Positions 25,102 to 34,190 of a stretch of DNA of 43,082 nt are shown one piece after another. The notes beneath the pieces were generated by a model. It was not told the origin of the DNA, did not search any database, and saw only the letters and a program-made list of their open reading frames with translations. Every line of letters begins with the position of its first letter. Position 1 is the first letter of the stretch. This DNA is from a virus (lineage: Duplodnaviria > Heunggongvirae > Uroviricota > Caudoviricetes). The stretch covers positions 69,472 through 112,553 of the IMG/VR virus record IMGVR_UViG_3300031420_000496, one strand, 5' to 3'. The translations under genes were made by a program, and so were the position numbers.

Positions 25102-26655
25102 TCAAACTAGGAAAGGAACTGCCTCATCTCCGTATTGGTCATTGTCATCAGGTGCAATGTATTCATTGACCTGTTGGAAAGCCTCTTCATTGTACTCAGC
25201 CAAACGCTTCAGCAGGCGTGTTACAATGATCGTTGCCATAACAGCATCGTCAGTTGCACCAGGCTTTGCTTCGTACGTTCCGCCCTTCGCCACGAAGTTT
25301 TTCAGTTCTTCGAGCAGGATTGCCGACTTGATATTGAGTCCGCCACTGACTTTTTCGACCAGTGATTTGAGCTGCAGGCACGCAACGATCTTCTTCTTGC
25401 CTGTAGTGTAGACGCCCAGCTTGGCAGTCTGCGGTTCATCGCAGTACAGCTCAGCATGCTCTGGCTGACGCTCGTCGTTTGCATACAGCACAGACAGCGC
25501 TTCGCCAATACCGTTTCGTTCGAACGTCCAGATAACCTCAGCACGTCCTCGGCCAACCGGCATTGACAGAAGATTCAGCATCCACTTCAGCTTCGCGTAA
25601 AGCAGGGGAATGTTGACTTCGTTGCTTCGCCATTCCGCAACTTGGTTGAGCGATGGGAACTCGAATACTTCGATGACGGAATAGTCTTTGCCGGTACCAG
25701 TTGCCGGGTCGACCCCGACCAAGTACGTCTTGCCTGCACCACCGACTTCTTCATCAGGCACCCAGAACTTGAAGCCCATGTCTTCGTGGTGAGGTGCAGA
25801 CTCAGTGATCTGAATCAACTTCAGCGAGTTGATCAGCAACGCATCGGACGACAGGAACTCGCATCCAACCTCTTGACGGGTTGCAAGCAATCCAAGCTGC
25901 GATACCATCGTATCCCAGTATTTGTCGTCGCGCTTCGGGTGTTCTTGCCAGTACACGCGGAACGGTGCATAGCCGTTTGCACCAGGCTTTCCATCACCAG
26001 CACTCGATGCACCGCGCCACAGGGATGCGAAGAGTTCCGTGTCGCCGTTTGGCGTTGACGAAATGATAGCCGAACCACCAGTCGAAAGTGTTGGTGTCAG
26101 CGAGTTCCAGAGTTCCTGCTGAATGCGTGGGTTAATGAACGCCAACTCGTCGAGGTAAATCTTCGTGATAGCGAGACCACGACCGGTCTTTTCAGTGGTC
26201 GCTTCCGAAACGATACGCGAGCCATTGTCGAATTCGATGTTGTGGCGGTTGTAATACTTCAGCCCGCACTTGATCCAGTTCGGAAGATTCTCATAAGCGA
26301 AGCGAACGCGGCTTGCAATTTCAAGTGCGTGGCTCTGATTCTTCGATGCAATCAGCAGAAGCGCATCGGCATTAAACATCGCGTACCAAAGCAGGTACAT
26401 TGCGACGGTAAGAGTTTTACCGCACTGGCGAGGCTGGAGCGTAATCGTGAATCGATTATCCTGCATGTGGCGAATGAATCGTTCCTGATAATCGTACAGG
26501 TCGAATGCGACGTTACCTTGAACCGGGTCTTGAACGCGAATGTAGTTTCTAATAAAGTAGACTGGATCTTTCTTGCATCGGGCAAGTTCCATAATCATTT
26601 CCGGCGTATATTCATCCGTCGCATTCGCGCGTTTTAGTTGGGGATTTTTACTCAT
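25102..26655 (-). CDS. terL: terminase large subunit, T4 gp17-like
   Basis: LYDYQ, PRQCGKT Walker A, YLDELAF Walker B, SSTPNG, GVDPATG, TDDAVMA. Confidence 0.95.
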   Translation of the reverse strand: MSKNPQLKRANATDEYTPEMIMELARCKKDPVYFIRNYIRVQDPVQGNVAFDLYDYQERFIRHMQDNRFTITLQPRQCGKTLTVAMYLLWYAMFNADALLLIASKNQSHALEIASRVRFAYENLPNWIKCGLKYYNRHNIEFDNGSRIVSEATTEKTGRGLAITKIYLDELAFINPRIQQELWNSLTPTLSTGGSAIISSTPNGDTELFASLWRGASSAGDGKPGANGYAPFRVYWQEHPKRDDKYWDTMVSQLGLLATRQEVGCEFLSSDALLINSLKLIQITESAPHHEDMGFKFWVPDEEVGGAGKTYLVGVDPATGTGKDYSVIEVFEFPSLNQVAEWRSNEVNIPLLYAKLKWMLNLLSMPVGRGRAEVIWTFERNGIGEALSVLYANDERQPEHAELYCDEPQTAKLGVYTTGKKKIVACLQLKSLVEKVSGGLNIKSAILLEELKNFVAKGGTYEAKPGATDDAVMATIIVTRLLKRLAEYNEEAFQQVNEYIAPDDNDQYGDEAVPFLV

Positions 26656-27250
26656 ATATTGGCTCTACATTTTCTTCTGAGAATATGAAGTCGCGGATGG
26701 TGTTAACTGTGCGGTCGCTCATCAGCACTTCAAAGTGTGTTGCATTGATTTCAACTCGTTCTCCGAAGCACAAGCCACGCTGGCTTGAAATGGTTACGAC
26801 ACCGTCATTCGGGACAGGTGAAGTCTGGAGACTACCGCCGGTTGAAATAATGTTGAGGGTTGGAATATCCAACGCGAGTTCGCGGCAGCGCGTGATGTGC
26901 GGCGCGGTTGGTATGATGTCGTGCAGAACGCGCGAGCATCCAGGAATCCAGCGGAGCGTAGACGCTGCGTGTGATCCTTTGAATGGGGTAGAAATCAAAA
27001 TCAGGCGCTCAACCATGTTCGGCATTTGAGCCGCAACAAGGGTGGCAATGATGCCACCCAGTGAGTGCGCAACCAACGTTACCTTCTGATCCCGCGGAAG
27101 TTTTGAAATCACTTCAGCAATCGAAGTCTCAAGACTTTGATGACTGTTGTAATCAATCCGGTATGCCTTATGCTCAGGCAGTTTCGAGATGATGTAACTG
27201 AACGAAGTGGAACTCGAGTTTAACCCATGAATATATGCAATGTGTTTCAT
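26648..27250 (-). CDS. alpha/beta hydrolase (lipase/esterase-like)
   Basis: YIHGLNSS, AHSLGG nucleophile elbow, STPFKGS, NDGVVT, HFEV. Confidence 0.85.
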   Translation of the reverse strand: MKHIAYIHGLNSSSTSFSYIISKLPEHKAYRIDYNSHQSLETSIAEVISKLPRDQKVTLVAHSLGGIIATLVAAQMPNMVERLILISTPFKGSHAASTLRWIPGCSRVLHDIIPTAPHITRCRELALDIPTLNIISTGGSLQTSPVPNDGVVTISSQRGLCFGERVEINATHFEVLMSDRTVNTIRDFIFSEENVEPIYE

Positions 27251-27270
27251 TCGCGTTCCACCTTATCTGG

Positions 27271-27399
27271 TTAGTCTTTCTTTTTGTTCGGTGCTTTAGG
27301 CTTGATGATTCCTGCCCAATGCATGAACTTGTTTCCGAGATAGGTAGTTGCCGCAGTAGCTGCAGCAGCGGCAATTACCTTGCCGATCAAACGAAGCAT
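27271..27399 (-). CDS. 42-aa amphipathic peptide
   Basis: read by hand: MLRLIGKVIAAAAATAATTYLGNKFMHWAG...; TAATG overlap. Confidence 0.5.
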   Translation of the reverse strand: MLRLIGKVIAAAAATAATTYLGNKFMHWAGIIKPKAPNKKKD

Positions 27400-27773
27400 T
27401 ACTCGCTCTTGAAGTCGTCATCCAGAACGATCTTTTGATCCTTGACAGTGACAGTTGGTTGGTCACGTTCTTCGATCAGACGATTCGCTTTGGCTTTCGC
27501 AGCGTCAGCTTTTGCTTGAGCCGCGAATTTCAGATCAGCAGCTTTCACCTGTGCAGCAGCTTTTGCTTGCGATGCCTTGGCTTGTGCTGCAGCTTTCATG
27601 TCAGCCGCCTTGACAGCTGCGTCGGCTTTGATCTGAACTGCTTTCTCTTTACCTTCGCGGATGCGGGTCTTGAGTGGCTTGCGCTCAAGAGCTTCATTCA
27701 CGACTTTGGTAACGTACGCGGTTGCAACTGCACCGATAACGCTCACAAAGATTTTCTTAAACATTGGTCCCAT
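27399..27773 (-). CDS. Ala/Lys-rich coiled protein with hydrophobic N-terminal helix
   Basis: two ~22-aa repeats starting VKAADMK and VKAADLK. Confidence 0.65.
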   Translation of the reverse strand: MGPMFKKIFVSVIGAVATAYVTKVVNEALERKPLKTRIREGKEKAVQIKADAAVKAADMKAAAQAKASQAKAAAQVKAADLKFAAQAKADAAKAKANRLIEERDQPTVTVKDQKIVLDDDFKSE

Positions 27774-27811
27774 GGTTTTCTCCTTAGTGGTTTGATTTGC
27801 GCAAAATGCGT

Positions 27812-28375
27812 CTAGTCTAACATTTGGTTTTCGTCGAGCTTCGCGAGTTCCTTCTTGAACTCGTAGGCAAACCCTTCATTCCAGCGTTTAATCACTGGCG
27901 TCTTCGGTTTGTCGAACGTCCACTGCGGAATGCGATAAGCGGTAGCACCAGGATTCGACAGAAGCAGGCGAACATTCTTTGCCGCAGTTTTCGCTGCAGC
28001 CTGTACGCGCTTCGTACCTTCCTTGCCGATACCGATTTCTTTCATTCGCTTGGATAGCTTGGTCAGCACGACCAAGTTTCTTACCGTGTTATATAGCTCG
28101 TTGAACCAACGACCTCCACCAAAACCGGTCAGTGGCCCTCGACCCCAACCGCCCGTGCTATTTGTTGGCGGATTACCGACGTCTGGAGCTTGTACTGGTT
28201 CGCCAGTAATATCGCCCGATCCACCAGTGCTATCACCAACCGAAGGCGGTGCACCTTCGCCTCCACCACCTTCACCTTCCTCAACCAAGAGCATCGGCAA
28301 GATGCTTTCGTAGATGGCCAGACGTTTGCCTTCCAACAATGCAACAGGCGGGTTCAAGAGTTCATCCAGCTTCAT
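27812..28375 (-). CDS. late Gly-rich protein, possible head cargo
   Basis: begins MKLDELLN...LLE; late promoter upstream. Confidence 0.65.
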   Translation of the reverse strand: MKLDELLNPPVALLEGKRLAIYESILPMLLVEEGEGGGGEGAPPSVGDSTGGSGDITGEPVQAPDVGNPPTNSTGGWGRGPLTGFGGGRWFNELYNTVRNLVVLTKLSKRMKEIGIGKEGTKRVQAAAKTAAKNVRLLLSNPGATAYRIPQWTFDKPKTPVIKRWNEGFAYEFKKELAKLDENQMLD

Positions 28376-28396
28376 TTGTTTTCCTTGGTGAGTTTC

Positions 28397-28404
28397 TATT
28401 TATG
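28397..28404 (-). promoter_or_regulatory. late promoter
   Basis: CATAAATA. Confidence 0.75.
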
Positions 28405-28405
28405 G

Positions 28406-29143
28406 TTACGAACGGAACCATCCTTGGGCTTTTTTCTGCAGGTCAGCTTTTTCAAACACTGACGGCACCAGGTATGCTTCTTTGTTTTCGCGCAAGTGTT
28501 CCAGCGTGCGAACACCAACTGGGTTATCGACTGGCTCTGCATAGAATCCGGAAACCTGTTTGTAGATTTTCTGGATTGCTTCGTCGTCCAATTCGCCTGG
28601 ATTGTTCGAGACTTCCCGGAAGAAACTGAACTTGCCCTTGAAGTATTCCTTGTTGATTTCCGATTCTTCGTGAACCTTCTTGATGAAGTCTTCGTCAACG
28701 TGGCGATTGATTTTCTCCCCGCGTTCTTTTGCGCGAGCGATTGCTACGTCTAGGTTGACGTTGACGAATACCATACCAACGTCGTAGCCACAGGATTCCA
28801 GAAGACCGGCACGAGCCAGGATGTTCGACGCATCGTTCGATGTTCCGTCGACAAACAGCGGCAGCATCGAGTTCAGATAGTTGAACAACGATTCACTGGT
28901 CATTGGCTTGGTGCGATCGCGGAAGAACGATTTCCAGGTTTCCGAGTTCGAAACGATCTTGTACTTCTTCGACAGAAACTCAGTCGATCGGTCAGTGTTG
29001 ACGACGCGGGGTGAAATAGCTCCGTGCAGTTTCGAAACCGTATAGGATTTACCTGCGCCAGGGATACCCACGACGAAGAGTGCTTTGAGAATGCCCTTGT
29101 CGTTAATCGACTCGGTCATCATGTATTCTTTGAATGTAATCAT
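28406..29143 (-). CDS. P-loop kinase of the zeta-toxin/AAA_33 type with a capsid-targeting-like N-terminus
   Basis: MITFKEYMMTE; VGIPGAGKS, VNTD, FVDGT, GYDVGMVFV...AIARAKER. Confidence 0.78.
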   Translation of the reverse strand: MITFKEYMMTESINDKGILKALFVVGIPGAGKSYTVSKLHGAISPRVVNTDRSTEFLSKKYKIVSNSETWKSFFRDRTKPMTSESLFNYLNSMLPLFVDGTSNDASNILARAGLLESCGYDVGMVFVNVNLDVAIARAKERGEKINRHVDEDFIKKVHEESEINKEYFKGKFSFFREVSNNPGELDDEAIQKIYKQVSGFYAEPVDNPVGVRTLEHLRENKEAYLVPSVFEKADLQKKAQGWFRS

Positions 29144-29775
29144 CAGTAAATGTCCAGTGCTACGCGAATTGATTCTTCTGCCGAGATTGGGAATGCGTAA
29201 TACGCTTCGCAGGCAATCATGATTTCTTTCTCGTCCTTGATTGCAGCGTCAAGTTGTGAATCGGTATATGCTGACGTTTCCAATTTGTATTGGAGTGTAT
29301 GAACTGCATCCAGGTCATCCATATCAGCTTCGTCATCCATCAAATTGTAAAGGTCGCGCACACGTGCGGACCAAACGTATTTGAAGTCGCCAATTGGAAA
29401 GACCACGCACGGATCGCCATATTGATTCAGATAATGCTTTCGAATGCCTTGGCCGAAAACAAAAAGTGCTTGCGATCGAGCCCTAATTCCGAATTCTTTT
29501 TCGAACCAGTCATCAATTATTTTGTGCGCATCTCTGTTTGTATCCTTCGGCCTACGATCTGTGCGTACGGCTTTGCGCCAGTACAGAATTTCTTTACCTT
29601 CGTTGATTGGGTCGGATACTTTTCCAGTTTCATTACCTGGTCCAATGTTTCTAACACCGCGGAATAACAAACCACGGTGCCTGGACTTTTCAAGGAACGG
29701 CTTGCAGTCGCGTTTAATCAATTCCGCGAGGTCTTTTATTTCTTGTTCAGTAATGAACTGTTTGAACGTAATCAT
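29143..29775 (-). CDS. paralogue A of the cargo family, ART-like
   Basis: MITFKQFITE; LFRG, RSQALF, YGDPCVVFP, EKEIMI. Confidence 0.75.
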   Translation of the reverse strand: MITFKQFITEQEIKDLAELIKRDCKPFLEKSRHRGLLFRGVRNIGPGNETGKVSDPINEGKEILYWRKAVRTDRRPKDTNRDAHKIIDDWFEKEFGIRARSQALFVFGQGIRKHYLNQYGDPCVVFPIGDFKYVWSARVRDLYNLMDDEADMDDLDAVHTLQYKLETSAYTDSQLDAAIKDEKEIMIACEAYYAFPISAEESIRVALDIY

Positions 29776-30665
29776 TCGTCGTCTTCGTCGTCTTCGTCGT
29801 CTTCGTTACCATTATCGAGTTCTATTACGGCCTGTTTGAACTCGTCGTGGAAGCGGTATGGTACAGACAGGTATTTACCGGAGAACCACACCTCGCGTTG
29901 GTTACCAGGCAAATCAAGTTGATCGGACGTTACCAGCTTCACGCCCATTGCTTCAGGTGAAAGCTTCTCTGGCATTTGAGTTGCGACGCGCTGCAGTATC
30001 CTTGCGTACGCTGAATCTTCTCTTTCCAATTCAGCGAACTTATCGGCCAGTTCATCGTTGCCATTTGCCTCTGGATCGAACTTGCCATTTTTAGTGAACA
30101 CGTGCTTGATTTGTTTGAGCTGCTGCATTGGGTCGCCCATACCATTTTCGTATTCGGTGTTACGGAAAACAACGTACGCCTGTGCAATCTGTTCGATCAA
30201 GTCATCGAGCTGCATATACGGCTTGCCATCAAACCCGCGTGCGATGTTCATCGTGTTCAGGTCTTCTTCAGGCAGCACAGCAATCTTCACGCCATCGAAT
30301 GGATAGATCATCAGCAGATTGGACCCATCATCTGAAACGCTGTCGACGACAAATTCTCTTGTAGTTGAGCAGAAGATCGATTGACGACGTGGCGGGTATT
30401 CTTCCCAACCAGGTAGCGAAAACAGGAATGCCTGTTGCGCTGCAGAACCACCACGTGATTCTGAACGACGTGTGCGTGGTACACGTGTTTTGAGTTTGTG
30501 ATTGGCGTTGCTCATCCATGACTCGCCACTCAGTCGATACAATGGCTTCATGAGATTTTTGAAACGTTTACAGTGTTTCAGATATTCAGCCGCAGCCTCC
30601 ATCACGGACGCGTGCTCTTTGTCTGTCTCTTCTTCCTCGTGGAGAAATTGTTTGAATGTAATCAT
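29772..30665 (-). CDS. paralogue B of the cargo family, ART-like
   Basis: MITFKQFLHE; LYRL, RRQSIFCSTT, IYPFDG, QREVWFSG. Confidence 0.75.
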   Translation of the reverse strand: MITFKQFLHEEEETDKEHASVMEAAAEYLKHCKRFKNLMKPLYRLSGESWMSNANHKLKTRVPRTRRSESRGGSAAQQAFLFSLPGWEEYPPRRQSIFCSTTREFVVDSVSDDGSNLLMIYPFDGVKIAVLPEEDLNTMNIARGFDGKPYMQLDDLIEQIAQAYVVFRNTEYENGMGDPMQQLKQIKHVFTKNGKFDPEANGNDELADKFAELEREDSAYARILQRVATQMPEKLSPEAMGVKLVTSDQLDLPGNQREVWFSGKYLSVPYRFHDEFKQAVIELDNGNEDDEDDEDDE

Positions 30666-31438
30666 TAGTCGTCCTCTGGCGCCAGTTCGTCATCGTGGTC
30701 GTCTTGCTTCATTTTCTCCCACATTGTTCTTTCAATGGCGATGCATTTACCGCCAATCCACAATTCGCGATCGCCTGAGTAATCGTCAATTGTTTTTGTT
30801 GTTGCTAAGTGCAGGTCGAGGGTTTGCGGGCTGTATGCTTTCCTCAAGACACGTTCGACGTTTTCTGGAGAACCGAAAATGTCTCGTAGCATGCGAGCTG
30901 TTCGCTCAGCGTTCGGTGAAACACCGCCTTCCATCTTTGTCTTGATACTCTCGACAAATTGTTCGTACGATGCAGGCGAAAGTCCATACTCGTCCCAGAC
31001 TTTGTTCCAGCTCTGAATGCGCATCTCATCACCAGCATTACCAACCGTAAACTCAGGCGTGTACCAAAGGTCATCGCTGGAGCAAACACCAATTGGCACG
31101 CCATCGTATGGGAAGATGGCGTACACTCGACCGAAACCACGAGCCGTGTCGAGGTTGTTCGCCAGGATAATCGATTCGCTTCGTTTCGGATAACCGAATG
31201 CTGGGAGGAAATGATCCATGACAACAGTGTAATAATTTTGCGTGTTAGCTGATCTACGCTTCGATGCTTCGCCGTGCAGGGCAAATGCGTCACCATCAGG
31301 TGTCATACCGCGATACAGCTGACGACGATTTTTCAATGCATCGCGGCAATGTGTGTTGATCAGCTTGACTGCTTCATCGACGGTGATAACCTGCTTGTGC
31401 GCACCGGCTTCAGCCAAAAATTGTTTGAACGTTATCAC
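30665..31438 (-). CDS. paralogue C of the cargo family, ART-like
   Basis: MITFKQFLAE; LYRG, PKRSESII, GFGRVYAIFPYDG, DRELWIGG. Confidence 0.75.
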   Translation of the reverse strand: MITFKQFLAEAGAHKQVITVDEAVKLINTHCRDALKNRRQLYRGMTPDGDAFALHGEASKRRSANTQNYYTVVMDHFLPAFGYPKRSESIILANNLDTARGFGRVYAIFPYDGVPIGVCSSDDLWYTPEFTVGNAGDEMRIQSWNKVWDEYGLSPASYEQFVESIKTKMEGGVSPNAERTARMLRDIFGSPENVERVLRKAYSPQTLDLHLATTKTIDDYSGDRELWIGGKCIAIERTMWEKMKQDDHDDELAPEDD

Positions 31439-32244
31439 AGTCCCAATTCCTCTCGTATTTCATCCAGTATATTTTCCGGGATCATTACGCATTTTCCGGA
31501 GAACCACATTTCACACGAGCCTTTGTCCGGGTCTGGTATGTCATCTGGCGTTGTTAATTTGCAATCAAGTTGTTTGTAGCTATATGCCTTTGGCAAAGAG
31601 GCAACAAACCGCTTGACGATTTCTTCATCTGAAATCTTCGACCGATTCACACCATAAAGGTATCCATTACGGTGGAGACGATTCGCAACTGTTGCTGGGT
31701 GTTCGCTTTTAATTGCCGAAATCATATCAGCCAGTGACTTGATGTCCGAACTCTTGAGAAGCATATCACCAATCAACTCTTCCCAGAAATCGTTCAGGTC
31801 AGCAATCGAATCGCCTGCTGAAAACAAAACATCAAAGTCAATACGCAGGTCCCAGAAGTCGTCACTATCTACCAAACCAATCTTCACATCGTCAAATGGG
31901 AAACAATAAAGAATCGGGCCACTTGCGTAGTTTTCAGCTTTATACCTGTTGTTGGTAGTAATGAATGATTTGCTTCGCTTTGGAAACTCATCGTTCAGCG
32001 GGTTGGTATCTAGAAATATCGTGTAGAAATTCGATGTGTTCTGCGACTTACGTTCACCTGATCCAGGATTATATACGCCAGCAGGCAAGGTCGAACGAGA
32101 ACCGCGATAGATGAAATTCCCAGCCTGTGCAGAACGAAGTGCCTGCAAGCAATGGCGATCGAGCAACTCAACCAGGTCGTGAGTCGCCGCTGGCTCGTGA
32201 TCGTATGACTTCACTTTTGCTTCGAGGAATTGTTTGAATCTCAT
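31435..32244 (-). CDS. paralogue D of the cargo family, ART-like
   Basis: MRFKQFLE; IYRG, PKRSKSFITT, YCFPFDD, SCEMWFSG. Confidence 0.75.
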   Translation of the reverse strand: MRFKQFLEAKVKSYDHEPAATHDLVELLDRHCLQALRSAQAGNFIYRGSRSTLPAGVYNPGSGERKSQNTSNFYTIFLDTNPLNDEFPKRSKSFITTNNRYKAENYASGPILYCFPFDDVKIGLVDSDDFWDLRIDFDVLFSAGDSIADLNDFWEELIGDMLLKSSDIKSLADMISAIKSEHPATVANRLHRNGYLYGVNRSKISDEEIVKRFVASLPKAYSYKQLDCKLTTPDDIPDPDKGSCEMWFSGKCVMIPENILDEIREELGL

Positions 32245-32999
32245 TTCTGTGCGAGTCCCATTTCAATCATCATTTCATCCCACACATCCTGGCTGATTGC
32301 GATGCAGGGTCCGCCAATCCATAGCTCGTGACTTCCGCGAATTTTGTCGATGTTGGCCGAGTTGGTCAGTTCAAGTCCGAGATTTTCTGGGCTGTACGCC
32401 TGCTCGAATACGGAACTGATCTTTTCAATAGGTCCGAACCATTCCAACAAGTTATGGCTTTCCTCAGAATCTCCCTGCATTTTCTCTTCAAGCGAGTCTT
32501 TGAATTCTTCCCAGCTATCAGGAGATAAACCATTGCGACGATAGAAACTATTCCAGGATTCAATGCTGCGTTTATCCGGGCATTTACCAATTTTGAATGA
32601 CGGTGTTTCCCAAAGGTCATAGCTTTGGCAAACACCAATTGATACGTCGTCATACGGGAAGATTGCATAGCGCGCACCGAACCCGCGTGTATAATCTTTG
32701 TTCTCGTTGTTTGCGCAGATGATTGACTTCGAACGTTTTGGGTATCCGAAATACGGGAGGAATTTATCCATAATCACGGTGTAGTAATTGCTGGTATTCG
32801 CAGACGTACGACCGCCCGCTTCACCGTGAATAATCATTGCATCAGAACCTGATGTCATGCCACGCCAGATTGGGCGATGGAAAAGCTTCATTGCATCCTT
32901 GCAATGTTCGTTCAACATCTTTTCGACATCGCGCGCTGGGATAGACTTCTTGTATCTGGCTGCTTCTTCCTCTGCAAGGAGAAATTCCTTAAACCTCAT
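32241..32999 (-). CDS. paralogue E of the cargo family, ART-like
   Basis: MRFKEFLLAE; IWRG, PKRSKSII, GFGARYAIFPYD, SHELWIGG. Confidence 0.75.
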   Translation of the reverse strand: MRFKEFLLAEEEAARYKKSIPARDVEKMLNEHCKDAMKLFHRPIWRGMTSGSDAMIIHGEAGGRTSANTSNYYTVIMDKFLPYFGYPKRSKSIICANNENKDYTRGFGARYAIFPYDDVSIGVCQSYDLWETPSFKIGKCPDKRSIESWNSFYRRNGLSPDSWEEFKDSLEEKMQGDSEESHNLLEWFGPIEKISSVFEQAYSPENLGLELTNSANIDKIRGSHELWIGGPCIAISQDVWDEMMIEMGLAQK

Positions 33000-33481
33000 T
33001 TGATTTCCTTTACCTCGGCATCAACTGAAATCATGCGCATGATTTCTTCACGTGATGCAACCACGACATTGTTCTGCGTTTTGTTTGCGTACGGGACGAA
33101 AGCAGAATTACGCTTGCGGTCACCCTTGACTTTCGCCTTGGTTGCAACTGCGTTGAGCGCGATCGTCAGATAAGTTGCAGCAACTTCGGCATTGCGAGCT
33201 GCATAACGCGGCTCGATGATCTGCGTGTATTCAGTCTGCTGCTGGAAAGTTTCCAGCGCGACATCATAGACTTGATCGAGCTTGGCGTCGATTTCTTTAT
33301 CCTCGTCGTCCTTTTCTTCCGAACGTGGAGGTTCAGCCATCTCGGCAAGTTCGCCTTCGGTGATCTGGTCGTACTCTTCGATTCCGCCTTCAATCTTTTC
33401 TTCTTCAGGCTGGTGTTGCGGTTCCGTGTTGAACAGCTCGTCGAGCGGATTCAGGATTGGGTTTTCAGATTTCTGTTTCAT
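32996..33481 (-). CDS. probable terminase small subunit
   Basis: EPRYAARNAEVAATYLTIAL resembles the PRAYEV helix of T4-like gp16; C-terminal NNVVVASREEI. Confidence 0.5.
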   Translation of the reverse strand: MKQKSENPILNPLDELFNTEPQHQPEEEKIEGGIEEYDQITEGELAEMAEPPRSEEKDDEDKEIDAKLDQVYDVALETFQQQTEYTQIIEPRYAARNAEVAATYLTIALNAVATKAKVKGDRKRNSAFVPYANKTQNNVVVASREEIMRMISVDAEVKEIK

Positions 33482-34190
33482 GGTCAGCTCCAAGTTTTTC
33501 CAGCATTGATTCGAATAAATCTCTTTCGATAGCGATGCATTTGCCGCCAATCCAGAGCTCGTGTTCTTGATCAGCCTGATTGTATTTTTGTGCGGTTGCA
33601 GTAGTTGCCAGATCGAAAGGCACGCTATACTCTTGCTTGAGATATTCTGCTAGATGGTCTTTGTGATCTTCAATTCCCCACAGGTCCCTGCGTTCAAGTA
33701 GCGTTTGGAAGTCTTCAACAAGGTGTGCAAATGAATCGTCACGAATGTCGTTGTTCTCGTAAAAATCATTCCAGCGGTGAATGCGTTGTACGCGATCGCC
33801 GAGTTTAACTTCGCTGTAAAACATATCGCGTTCTGGGCAGATACCAATCTTCACGCCATCAAATGGAATGATGACATGCATTTTGCCGTATCCGTATGTG
33901 TAGTCGCGATTCTCCCAATTCGCGCAGATAATCGATGCACTTCGTTTAGGATAATCTGGCAATGCTTCATCGAGAATAACGGTATAGTGGTTTGTCGTAT
34001 TCGCAGATTTGCGACCACCAGCTTCACCGTGGATAATACCGAAACCATTTTTCATTTTGGTCATGCCACGCACAATAGGTGTGTTGATACTTTTCAACGC
34101 ATCCTTGCAATTGGCTTTTATCAACGCGATGATTTCGTCTTCAGTGTCGATGTCGGTCTTGTATTGACCAGCGATTTCGTATAGCTTCAT
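33465..34190 (-). CDS. paralogue F of the cargo family, ART-like
   Basis: MKLYEI; IVRG, PKRSASII, GYGKMHVIIPFDG, EHELWIGG. Confidence 0.75.
   Translation of the reverse strand: MKLYEIAGQYKTDIDTEDEIIALIKANCKDALKSINTPIVRGMTKMKNGFGIIHGEAGGRKSANTTNHYTVILDEALPDYPKRSASIICANWENRDYTYGYGKMHVIIPFDGVKIGICPERDMFYSEVKLGDRVQRIHRWNDFYENNDIRDDSFAHLVEDFQTLLERRDLWGIEDHKDHLAEYLKQEYSVPFDLATTATAQKYNQADQEHELWIGGKCIAIERDLFESMLEKLGADHETEI

Noticed and set aside
29776-29805. 9-bp tandem repeat (gtcttcgtc)
   Set aside because: Simply encodes the acidic EDD tail of paralogue B; too short to suggest phase variation.
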